DNA of 64,000 bases from an uncultured Chryseobacterium sp. Its GTDB lineage: Bacteria; Bacteroidota; Bacteroidia; UBA10329. The DNA lies in assembly GCA_964488095.1 (NCBI GenBank), contig CAZATP010000013.1:3576-67575 (forward strand), read 5' to 3'. The notes beneath the pieces were generated by a model. The model was not told where the DNA came from. It saw only the letters and a list, made by a program, of their open reading frames with translations, and ran no database searches. This document shows positions 28,604 through 37,078 of the stretch, piece by piece. Both the position numbers and the translations under genes were made by a program. Numbering within the stretch: the stretch's first letter is position 1; each line of letters begins with the position of its first letter.

Positions 28604-30065
28604 CATCGAACAGTTGGAAGCGCTCCTCCAGGGCCGTTTCCGCATCTCCATCTCTGACCTTGATGCCCAGCGCATCGGGGCTGCCGTGGACTATCTGCAC
28701 GCCAAGGTGTCCGATGAGCATGCCGTCTATGGGGTGAACACCGGTTTCGGGTCGCTCCATAGCACACGCATCAAGGGCGATGACCTCGGTGCGCTGCAGG
28801 TCAATCTCATCCGGTCGCACGCCTGCGGCACCGGGCGCATGGTGCAGCCCGAGGTGATCCGGCTCATGCTCGCCCTCAAGGCCCAGAACATGCGCTATGG
28901 CAACAGCGGGGTGAGACTCACCACCGTGCAGCGCCTGCTCGACCATCTGGAGGCCGATGTGCTGCCGGTGATCTATGAGCAGGGTTCGCTCGGGGCCAGT
29001 GGCGACCTCGCCCCATTGGCCCACCTCAGCCTGCCGCTCCTCGGTGAGGGCATGGTGCATTACGGGGGGCAGATGAGGCCTGCGGCCGAGGTGATGGCCC
29101 AACTGGGCTGGCTGCCGCTCCAACTGGGCATGAAAGAGGGCCTGGCACTCCTCAACGGCACACAGTTCATGTCGGCCCACGGGGCCTATGCCCTCATCCA
29201 CGCCCAGCGCCTGGTGTGGCTGGCCGACCTCATCGGTTCCCTCTCGCTCGATGCGATAGGAGGGAGGATGGACCCCTTCGATGCCCTGGTGCAGCAGGTG
29301 CGGCCCCATCCCGGGCAGATCGCCTGTGCGGCCCGTGTGCGCCAGTTCCTTGATGGCAGCGAGCTCATGGCCCAGACCAAGCATCATGTGCAGGACCCCT
29401 ATTCCTTCCGGTGCATGCCACAGGTGCATGGCGCCTCGGCCGATGCCGTCACCTATGCCCGCAGCGTGGTCGAGCGCGAGATCAACTCCGTGTCCGACAA
29501 TCCCCTCATCTTCCCCGATGAGGACCGCATCATCTCCGCGGGCAATTTCCACGGCCAGCCCCTCGCCATCACCTTCGATTTCCTCGCCATCGCCCTGGCC
29601 GAACTGGCCAACATCTCCGAGCGCAGGACCTTCCAGCTCGTCTCGGGCCGCAACGGCCTGCCCGACTACCTCGTCAACAGCCCCGGCCTCAACTCCGGTT
29701 TCATGATCCCGCAATACACGGCCGCAGGCATCGTCAGTCAGAACAAACAGCTCTGCACCCCCGCCTCGGTCGACTCCATCGTCAGTTCCAACGGACAGGA
29801 GGACCACGTGAGCATGGGCGCCAATGCGGCCACCAAGCTGCTGCAGGTGGTGGACAATGTGTATCAGGTCCTCGCCATAGAGCTCTTCACAGCGGCACAG
29901 GCCCTCGAATTCCGTAGGCCCGCCAAAAGTTCACCCCTCATCGAGCAATGGATGCACAGCTATCGGCAGCTCGTTCCCTTCCTCACGGCCGATGTGCAGA
30001 TGCAGCCCCACATGCTCGCCTCCAAGCAGTTCCTGATGGAAGCGGAGGTGGAAGAGGGCATATAA
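28581..30065 (+). CDS. hutH: histidine ammonia-lyase (MIO-dependent aromatic amino-acid lyase family)
   Basis: GVNTGFGSL…, the MIO precursor triad in SLGASGDLAPLAHL, and a Ser-His (LIRSHACGTG) selectivity pair that favours HAL over TAL/PAL. Confidence 0.75.
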   Translation: MNSDEPLSIEQLEALLQGRFRISISDLDAQRIGAAVDYLHAKVSDEHAVYGVNTGFGSLHSTRIKGDDLGALQVNLIRSHACGTGRMVQPEVIRLMLALKAQNMRYGNSGVRLTTVQRLLDHLEADVLPVIYEQGSLGASGDLAPLAHLSLPLLGEGMVHYGGQMRPAAEVMAQLGWLPLQLGMKEGLALLNGTQFMSAHGAYALIHAQRLVWLADLIGSLSLDAIGGRMDPFDALVQQVRPHPGQIACAARVRQFLDGSELMAQTKHHVQDPYSFRCMPQVHGASADAVTYARSVVEREINSVSDNPLIFPDEDRIISAGNFHGQPLAITFDFLAIALAELANISERRTFQLVSGRNGLPDYLVNSPGLNSGFMIPQYTAAGIVSQNKQLCTPASVDSIVSSNGQEDHVSMGANAATKLLQVVDNVYQVLAIELFTAAQALEFRRPAKSSPLIEQWMHSYRQLVPFLTADVQMQPHMLASKQFLMEAEVEEGI

Positions 30066-30076
30066 ACACACAGGCG

Positions 30077-30144
30077 TGTAATACCCCCAAAAATTGAACA
30101 GTTAGCTTCTCTTAGCCAACTGTTCAATTTTTGGGGGTATTACA
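30077..30144. repeat. perfect 27-bp inverted repeat (arms 30077-30103 / 30118-30144, 14-nt loop)
   Basis: TGTAATACCCCCAAAAATTGAACAGTT …agcttctcttagcc… AACTGTTCAATTTTTGGGGGTATTACA, read directly. Lies 12 nt after the hutH stop, with no U-tract on either strand. Confidence 0.85.
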
Positions 30145-30345
30145 AACGGTGGGTGCTTATGCGCTGGGTTGCGCTGAATAGTACTGCAAGCCCATTTCCC
30201 AAAGAGCATTTCACGTTTAGAGGAGTGGGGTAGAGGCTGACAGAATGCCGATCGGCCCAACTGACAGCCCTGCTACGAGAACTGCCATGGAAGTCAACAT
30301 CTGCCACACTGGTGGGCCTCCGCTGCCCGAACGCAAATGTTTTAC

Positions 30346-30390
30346 CTGAAATGAAAAACCCGTTGTAAACACTTGGTTCACAACGGGTTT
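30346..30390 (-). terminator. rho-independent terminator downstream of tRNA-Arg
   Basis: On the minus strand, an 11-bp stem AAACCCGTTGT/ACAACGGGTTT with a 13-nt loop is followed by TTTTTCATTT. Confidence 0.6.
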
Positions 30391-30403
30391 ATTCACTCAT
30401 CTG

Positions 30404-30477
30404 TGACCCTGTAGGGATTCGAACCCCAAACCTCCTCATCCGTAGTGAGGTGCTCTATCCAGTTGAGCTACAGAGCC
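30404..30477 (-). tRNA. tRNA-Arg (anticodon ACG), 74 nt, CCA not encoded
   Basis: Manual fold on the minus strand: acceptor GGCTCTG/CAGGGTC (two G-U pairs), D-arm GCTC-AACTGGATA-GAGC, anticodon stem CCTCA/TGAGG with loop CTACGGA, T-arm TGGGG-TTCGAAT-CCCTA, discriminator A. Confidence 0.85.
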
Positions 30478-30500
30478 GTCCCAATGGGGGCGCAAATATA

Positions 30501-33500
30501 CTATTCGTCCTCTTTGTTCTCAAACGACCTCACAAAATTCCTTTTCTGGATTTCCGTGCTCAGCACGTAGGTGAAATTGGGGGCATCCTTCTCGCCTTTC
30601 TGGGTGCGCTTGTCGTCCTTGGTGTTCCGGATCTCGGTGTTGAAATCATCACTTCCGGCAATGGCCCCGAGGATGCCGCGCTGGTAGTTGAAGAAATACC
30701 AGATGTTGTCGCTAGGCTCGAGGTAGATGGTGAGAATATCCCCATTGCGCTTCTTCTTGAGTTCGATCAGTCCGAACATCATCTTGTTCACCTGATGGTC
30801 GCCAATAGAGGCCACGCCCACGAAGCCTTTGTAGCGGTATGAGCCGTTCTTCGCATCCCATGTCAGTTTCACATCCGTGAGCATGATGGTCTTGTTGAGC
30901 TCCTTGGGCACTTTCTTGAAGCTCCCATACAGGTTGAGTTCCTGAATGAGCTTGGTGGTCTGCTCCTTGCCCACAAGTTCGATGAGCGACTTCTCATACT
31001 CCGTTCCGAAGAAAATGCCCTCGAGCGGAGGGAAGTGGTTGGAGAGCTTCTCTGCCATCAATCGCTTGCACTCATCGTTGAAGAAGAAGTCCAGCCCCAT
31101 CATGATGTTGAACGAAGTGGAGTCGTTGTTCATGTTATGCCTCACGGTTCCCAAGGTGGTCAGTTCGATCTGGCCGAAGTCGAGGCCCATCTGCAGTTTG
31201 CCCTGTCCCTGAGCTATGCAGTTCTCGCTGAGGCTCACATAATTGCCGCCCACCACAGCGCCCTTCAGCTTTTCCTTGTTGGAGATGCGGTATTCCTTGC
31301 TCTCGTTGTCATAGTGCAGGTATCCACCGGCCGCAACGATGTCTATATCATTTGGCTTTAGCTTGTTTGAAAGGAAGGTCGGGTAGACCTTGGTGCTGTC
31401 CTTGGCGATGACCACACCGGATGAGATGGGCTTGCCATTGGCATCTTTCGGGTCTTCCGGAATGGGGATGTAGATGTTGGTGGGGTCTATCTCTTCCTTG
31501 AATGCCAGCCAGTCGCGGGAGATGCCCGGGCAGTCGTGGCGGATGCGGGTGCTTCCCTCGTAGCTCAGGTGCTGTCTGCTGGCAAAAAGCTTGGCCTTGC
31601 CCTTGTAGTCGAAGTTGGGGCTGAGGGTGAATCCCTTGTCCTCGGCAATGATGCCTTCGCCATAGGTCTGTTTCACAGAGTCCACGCGGATATCGTTGAA
31701 AACGATGTTCTGCTTGAGTCCGGTAACGTCCGTGTAGTCATACTTGGCAGAGGCGGTGTATTTCCATTTGCCCGCTATGTTCACGGTTGCATCATAGAAC
31801 GTATGGAACTTGGTGGTGCGGTTGGCCACGATGCGCGCTTCCAGCAGGGGGTCCATCACGGCCTCGGCCCTCACGGTCACGTTGCCCTCGTTGGGGTGCA
31901 CAATGGCGTCCGCCACATTGATGTAGCCCACCTCAGAGGCGGAGATGGTGTTGGTGGCCAGGTCGAAGATGGCCGAGCGCGAGCGGAACTCGAGCGAGTC
32001 CTGCTGTGGGTGTGTGCTCACATAGCGTGAACCCTCGCCCTCGGTGCTCACGATGTCGATGTTCTTCTGGTCGATGTTCCATTTGAACTCATCGATGTAG
32101 CAGATGTAGCGGTTCACGGGGAAGTCCACGAAATCGCCACCGGTGTTGCTCCTGAACTTGCCCTGACGTGTCTTGAGGTCGATGTCCATCTTCACGTTCT
32201 CCGTGCGGAAGGCGAAGGCGTCAGACCCCGGGCCGCGCAGCTTGAAGGCGGCCTTGTCAGCATGGAAGTCATCGTGCTTGAAGTTGAACACCTTGGAACG
32301 CATGTCAGAGTCTGCGAAATCGATCTGCCCGTCACCGTCAAGTCCCTTCGGTGAAAGGTCGAGCATGCCGTGCATGGCCACCTCGCCATTGTACATGTCG
32401 AACGCATTGGAGGTCTTGTGGGCATAGAAGTGGTCCTCCTTCGGCATCCAATGCACGCGGATGTCCTTTCCTTTCACTGGCGGATACTGCACCCCGGATG
32501 CCTGCGCTGCGATGGTGAAATCCTGAGCGATACCGTTCACAGAATCAGGATAGAACAGGAAATCGTTCGATTTGGACACCGAGGTGAGGTATTCCAACTG
32601 GCCATCGCCCCGCAGACCCTCGTGGCTGAGCTTGATGGTGGCCTTGTAGTTGCCCTTCCCTGCAAAAACCGGATATCCGCCTGCAGGGGTCTCCCGCACG
32701 AAACCGAGTGAGAAATCGGGCTGTAGGCGCAGTGTTTCATCGAAGTTCGGGAAAATGCCGCCCGATACGAACTCGCCCTCGAAGGCGAGGCCCTCCTTGG
32801 TGAAATTGTCGAGCGAGTCGATGCTGAAGGGCTTGAGGTGCATGTAGAACTCCTCTTTGCGGTAGGCCCCGTCCTGAATGGCGCGGCTGTCATAGTACAC
32901 GTAGGAGTCTTCCAGACTGTTGAAGATGGGATAGCGCGGATGGTCCTTCAGTCCCGACTTGTTGTCCGGGCGGTCCACCAGCAGTTCGCCTTTCAGGTCG
33001 CGCAGCAGTGTTTTGACCTTCTTGAGCTTCTGCCGGCCATTGTCATCCATCGGTCCATCGGGCACGGAGAGTCGGAGGGAGTCGATCTTGGTGAGGTCGA
33101 TCTTGAAATCGTCATAGTGGAAGTAGAATTCCTTTCCGTAGAAGTCAAGACGACCTGCCAGCACCTTGCCGTCAAAGGCGAAGTCGCGGTTCTTTTTCAC
33201 GGTCAGTTCCTGGTCGTAGGGATAGATGATCACGTTCTGCGAGTCGGAGAGGAACACGCGGCCCACCCCGTTGAGGCCGAGGTCCCAGTTCAATAGGTTC
33301 AGTTTCCCGTTAGGCAGACCTTTGATAACTGACTCGAACTGCAGCACATCATAGTCGGCCTTCTTGCTGCGCGATAGCACATAGTGGTGCAGCTTGGATT
33401 TGACATCCGCCTCGTCCTTGTCATAGTTGTAGTCCAGATAGCCTCCGTTGGCCAGGTTGATGAGGAACACCTTGGTGTCGCTCAGGTCGGCCTTCATCAG

Positions 33501-34934
33501 GCTGGCGGCCTCGTCCAGACGGATGTTCTGACGGCCGTTCTTCACGCAGTAGTCGCGTATCTTCCACAGCGGGTGGATGTCGGCCATGCCCTTGACGCGC
33601 TCATAGCGGAACTCATCGTAGTAGGTCTCCGATTCGAACATGGCCCCGCTCTGGTCGCCTCCGCTCTTGTTCTCAAACTCCAGCCAGTCCTCGCCCAGTT
33701 TCCAGGTGATGGCCTCCACCTGCAGTTCCAATTTGTGATAGGAGTCGTAGAACGGGCTTCTACCGGGGCCTTCCTTGTCCTTGGTGAACACCACGGCATG
33801 GTTCTCCACGTTGTAGTTCATCTGAATGCCCGGATGGAAGATGGAGTCGCCTTCGTAGTACATGGCCAGTTTCACGCGGTCGGAAAGCACCTTGTCCTTG
33901 CGGATGACGAAGGCCTTGGAGCGCGCCACGATGAAGGGCTCCACCTTCTTGGAGATGTGGTTCTTCTTCTTGAAGATGAACCGCGCCTCCTGATCGGCCG
34001 TTCCTGCACCCAGGAATTTCACCCCGTGCTGCGAGAATCCGCCCTCATAGTCGATGTCCTTGAAGATCTCCTTGATCACGATGCGCTTGTCATACGAGTC
34101 GAAACGGGGGTAGGAGGCCTTGTCGTCCTTCACATCGGCCAGTATCTTCTCGGTGATGGTGCCGATGTGGGGCTTGGAGAGGTATTTCGGATGGTGGAAA
34201 GTGACCGAGTCGATGCGGTAGCCCGGTTTGCTCACATCGATCACGTAGCCATTCAGGTCGGCATAGGTCTCGGTGGCGGGGAATCCTGCGCGGGTCCAGT
34301 CCACGCGGCCACCCTTGCCCTGCCATTGCTGGCGGGTGGGGTAGTACACGCCCGAGGTGCCGTAGATGATGGAGCTGTCGCCCTTGCTCAGGGCCTTGAG
34401 GTCCATTTTGCCGAAGATGACCTTGGGGATGCTGTCATACTCCAGCGTGAACTGGTCGCTGCCGGCCACCCATTTCACGCTGCGCGAGTCGAACAGCACC
34501 AGCTCGGTGAAGAGGCCCCGGCACATCTCCAGATAGTCGGTGAACTGCTTGCGCGAGAGCTGCGTCACCACCTTCTCCAGCCCGTCATGGAAGGCATCGA
34601 AGTCCGATGCCGGCCGCGAGCTCTGGGCAAAGGCGATTAGGGCATAGATGTAGTTCTCAAAATCGACCGCCTTCTTCTTCTTGGTCACCATCAGGTTGCT
34701 CACCTTATAGACCCTGTCCTTCTGCACCGGTGAGAAATGGCCGCTGTTCCAGATGGGGATCACGGTCTCCTCAAAGAACTTCTTGGCCTTCTTCTCATCG
34801 CCCTGGGCGAAGAGGGCCTGCAGCTCCACGATATAGGTTTCGCTGTTGGGGGTGAAGGGTTTCATCTGCTGGGCGTGGGCCATGGGGGCCACGAAGAGCA
34901 GAAGCAGAAGGAGGGCAGCAGCAGACCGGATCAT
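30501..34934 (-). CDS. very large secreted hypothetical protein (1477 aa)
   Basis: Uninterrupted ORF with native G+C and signal peptide MIRSAAALLLLLLFVAPMAHAQQ. No catalytic motif recognised, and no T9SS CTD at the C-terminus. Its 3' end lies 23 nt from tRNA-Arg. Confidence 0.7.
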   Translation of the reverse strand: MIRSAAALLLLLLFVAPMAHAQQMKPFTPNSETYIVELQALFAQGDEKKAKKFFEETVIPIWNSGHFSPVQKDRVYKVSNLMVTKKKKAVDFENYIYALIAFAQSSRPASDFDAFHDGLEKVVTQLSRKQFTDYLEMCRGLFTELVLFDSRSVKWVAGSDQFTLEYDSIPKVIFGKMDLKALSKGDSSIIYGTSGVYYPTRQQWQGKGGRVDWTRAGFPATETYADLNGYVIDVSKPGYRIDSVTFHHPKYLSKPHIGTITEKILADVKDDKASYPRFDSYDKRIVIKEIFKDIDYEGGFSQHGVKFLGAGTADQEARFIFKKKNHISKKVEPFIVARSKAFVIRKDKVLSDRVKLAMYYEGDSIFHPGIQMNYNVENHAVVFTKDKEGPGRSPFYDSYHKLELQVEAITWKLGEDWLEFENKSGGDQSGAMFESETYYDEFRYERVKGMADIHPLWKIRDYCVKNGRQNIRLDEAASLMKADLSDTKVFLINLANGGYLDYNYDKDEADVKSKLHHYVLSRSKKADYDVLQFESVIKGLPNGKLNLLNWDLGLNGVGRVFLSDSQNVIIYPYDQELTVKKNRDFAFDGKVLAGRLDFYGKEFYFHYDDFKIDLTKIDSLRLSVPDGPMDDNGRQKLKKVKTLLRDLKGELLVDRPDNKSGLKDHPRYPIFNSLEDSYVYYDSRAIQDGAYRKEEFYMHLKPFSIDSLDNFTKEGLAFEGEFVSGGIFPNFDETLRLQPDFSLGFVRETPAGGYPVFAGKGNYKATIKLSHEGLRGDGQLEYLTSVSKSNDFLFYPDSVNGIAQDFTIAAQASGVQYPPVKGKDIRVHWMPKEDHFYAHKTSNAFDMYNGEVAMHGMLDLSPKGLDGDGQIDFADSDMRSKVFNFKHDDFHADKAAFKLRGPGSDAFAFRTENVKMDIDLKTRQGKFRSNTGGDFVDFPVNRYICYIDEFKWNIDQKNIDIVSTEGEGSRYVSTHPQQDSLEFRSRSAIFDLATNTISASEVGYINVADAIVHPNEGNVTVRAEAVMDPLLEARIVANRTTKFHTFYDATVNIAGKWKYTASAKYDYTDVTGLKQNIVFNDIRVDSVKQTYGEGIIAEDKGFTLSPNFDYKGKAKLFASRQHLSYEGSTRIRHDCPGISRDWLAFKEEIDPTNIYIPIPEDPKDANGKPISSGVVIAKDSTKVYPTFLSNKLKPNDIDIVAAGGYLHYDNESKEYRISNKEKLKGAVVGGNYVSLSENCIAQGQGKLQMGLDFGQIELTTLGTVRHNMNNDSTSFNIMMGLDFFFNDECKRLMAEKLSNHFPPLEGIFFGTEYEKSLIELVGKEQTTKLIQELNLYGSFKKVPKELNKTIMLTDVKLTWDAKNGSYRYKGFVGVASIGDHQVNKMMFGLIELKKKRNGDILTIYLEPSDNIWYFFNYQRGILGAIAGSDDFNTEIRNTKDDKRTQKGEKDAPNFTYVLSTEIQKRNFVRSFENKEDE

Positions 34935-35110
34935 GCGATAAGGGGTTTTTGAAGGCTGACAAAGTTGGTGAAAACCCCGCAGCGGGGGAGGCGGCCAAGC
35001 CCCGTTGGGAGGCTTGCGCGGGCCTATTTATCAACAATTGGCGGGGTGGGGGGTGTGGATTGTACAAGCATTATGGCGAACTTTGACCGCTGAATCAAAT
35101 CAAAGCGAAT

Positions 35111-36337
35111 ATGATTACCAAGGTTAGAATCCGTAACTACAAGACGCTAGAGGATACCGAGCTGACGCTTGGAAGAATCAATGTCATTATCGGAGTGAAC
35201 GGAGCGGGGAAATCAAACTTGGCTGAAGCGATTGCCCTTGGGGTTGCAGGTGCCCAAGGTAAACTAGATTCGGAATATCTGACTGCAAGAGGCATTAGAC
35301 TCACTCACCCGAAGTTCATGCGTTCTGGATTTGGCCCCATCAACTCAGATCCTATCCGAATCGATTTGACCAACGACCAGAATACGTTGAAGCCTGTCAT
35401 TAACGTTGAATTGAACAATGACGGAAAACCGTATTCAAAATGGGTAAATCCCATATTGGATAGTGATAGAAAATTTCTTGAAAAGATGTTGGTGTCAATT
35501 TTCAAACCTGGGGAGCCCGATTTGTCTGAACACCCAGAAAATATTCATGAGGGCTTGTTGGATTTAAAGCGTACCGTTGTGGAGAAAAACAAGGATATGT
35601 TTGATGATCCAGAATTCGCTGATTTCATGAGATCAAGCCTTCCAGAATTCGTTAAAAATTTAGTGGAAAGAGGCAGTGAAATTGAGGATTTCGTGATTTA
35701 CAAACCAGAAGAAACGTTTTTGAGGAAATTCGATTCGCAAGGGCAGTTGGAGCCTCTTGGAATGCGAGGTGAAGGATTGCTAAAACTATTGACTGTTTTT
35801 AGCAGTGAGAAGCCAGAGATTTTGGGTGAGTTAAGGAAACATCTTAAGCTGTTTGACTGGTTTGAGGATATTAAACTAAAAGATCAGTTGATAGAAAAGG
35901 AAGTGTACTTCGATATTCAAGATAAATATCTCAATCCTGAATTGGGCTATTTTGACCAACGAAGTTCAAACGAGGGATTCCTCTATCTCGCGTTCTACAT
36001 AAGTCTGTTCCTGAGTGAAACTGCCCCGAAGAATTTTGCAATTGATAATGTTGATAATGCCCTTAACCCGAAACTCTGCACACGCTTAGTGAAGTTGCTG
36101 ACAACCTTGGCTAAGGAATATGGAAAGCAGGCCATTATTACCACTCACAATCCTGCAGTTCTAGATGGGCTTGATTTGAATGACCCAGAGCAAAAGTTGT
36201 TTGTCGTCAGTAGGAAGCGCAACGGTGCCACAAGAATATCAGAAGTGAAAGTGAAGCCTACATCTGATAAGTTGATGAAACTGTCTGAAATGTTCATGTC
36301 AGGAATGTTGGGCGGCCTTCCTAAGAATTTTGCGTGA
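35111..36337 (+). CDS. ABC/SMC/RecF/OLD-type P-loop ATPase (AAA_21/AAA_15-like), putative defence-system ATPase
   Basis: N-terminal IRNYKTL…INVIIGVNGAGKSNLAEAI is the Walker A. C-terminal …FAIDNVDNALNP… is Walker B-like with N in place of the catalytic E, followed by ITTHNP (H-loop). The gene is strongly AT-rich relative to its flanks. Confidence 0.75.
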   Translation: MITKVRIRNYKTLEDTELTLGRINVIIGVNGAGKSNLAEAIALGVAGAQGKLDSEYLTARGIRLTHPKFMRSGFGPINSDPIRIDLTNDQNTLKPVINVELNNDGKPYSKWVNPILDSDRKFLEKMLVSIFKPGEPDLSEHPENIHEGLLDLKRTVVEKNKDMFDDPEFADFMRSSLPEFVKNLVERGSEIEDFVIYKPEETFLRKFDSQGQLEPLGMRGEGLLKLLTVFSSEKPEILGELRKHLKLFDWFEDIKLKDQLIEKEVYFDIQDKYLNPELGYFDQRSSNEGFLYLAFYISLFLSETAPKNFAIDNVDNALNPKLCTRLVKLLTTLAKEYGKQAIITTHNPAVLDGLDLNDPEQKLFVVSRKRNGATRISEVKVKPTSDKLMKLSEMFMSGMLGGLPKNFA

Positions 36338-37011
36338 TGAATGTTGGCATTATCTCGGAAGGTTATACAGACCAGCTTGTTCTGGACAATATAATCATTG
36401 GGTATTTTGGCTCAGATGATTGTGTTGATGTGAAATATTTGCAGCCCCTTCGAGATGAAACTGACCTCTCAGCGCATGATGGCGGTGGTTGGGCGAACCT
36501 GATTGATTACTGTTCGGCTGAGGAGAGAATCAATTCTGCGTTGACTACAAGTGATTATATAGTGATTCATTTGGACACGGACATTCTCTCGAATCTGCAA
36601 ACTGATGTGACTGGGAATGAATCAGTGGAAGAGCTGGTCGAGAAGGCGAAGAATGTTTTGATAGAAAGAATAGCAGGCGACCTGTACAGCCAGAACGCGG
36701 AGAAGATTCTATTCGCTATTTCAGTTCACTCTATTGAGTGCTGGATATTGGTTTTGCTGGAGGACCAGCCGAAGAGGCGTAATCAAACTGTAAATTGTTT
36801 GGATAGAGTGAATAGAAAACTCAGTCCAAGGGGATATTCAATCGATCCGCGAAACAAAAACCATTTCAAGGACGAGTACCATGAACTTTCAGAGGAATTC
36901 TCTAACAAGAGAACACTGAAAAGAGTTAAGGCCAGCAATGATAGTTTGAGCATCTTCTTTGATGCCATGGACGAAAAGTGGTCGTCATTTGACTCTTGCG
37001 TAGATACCTAA
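36334..37011 (+). CDS. small partner protein of the ATPase; TOPRIM-like E…DxD pattern (DUF4276/RloB/AbiLii-like candidate)
   Basis: Start ATGATGAATG overlaps the ATPase stop. N-terminal VGIISEGYTDQ, then IVIHLDTDIL, resemble the TOPRIM Glu plus DxD arrangement. The gene shares the low G+C of the ATPase gene. Confidence 0.55.
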   Translation: MMNVGIISEGYTDQLVLDNIIIGYFGSDDCVDVKYLQPLRDETDLSAHDGGGWANLIDYCSAEERINSALTTSDYIVIHLDTDILSNLQTDVTGNESVEELVEKAKNVLIERIAGDLYSQNAEKILFAISVHSIECWILVLLEDQPKRRNQTVNCLDRVNRKLSPRGYSIDPRNKNHFKDEYHELSEEFSNKRTLKRVKASNDSLSIFFDAMDEKWSSFDSCVDT

Positions 37012-37078
37012 GCAATTCTTCGCCTTCTTCATCTACCATATCATCCGCGCCAGCCGCAAGTTCGCGAAGCACTGAACC

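Noticed and set aside
28587-29807. 406-aa minus-strand ORF
   Set aside because: Antisense to hutH, whose MIO motif makes the plus-strand frame certain.
33384-34640. 418-aa plus-strand ORF, plus several others (30450-30842, 31536-32030, 32838-33296)
   Set aside because: All lie inside the 1477-aa minus-strand gene, which has a signal peptide and a continuous open frame. These are antisense artefacts of high G+C.
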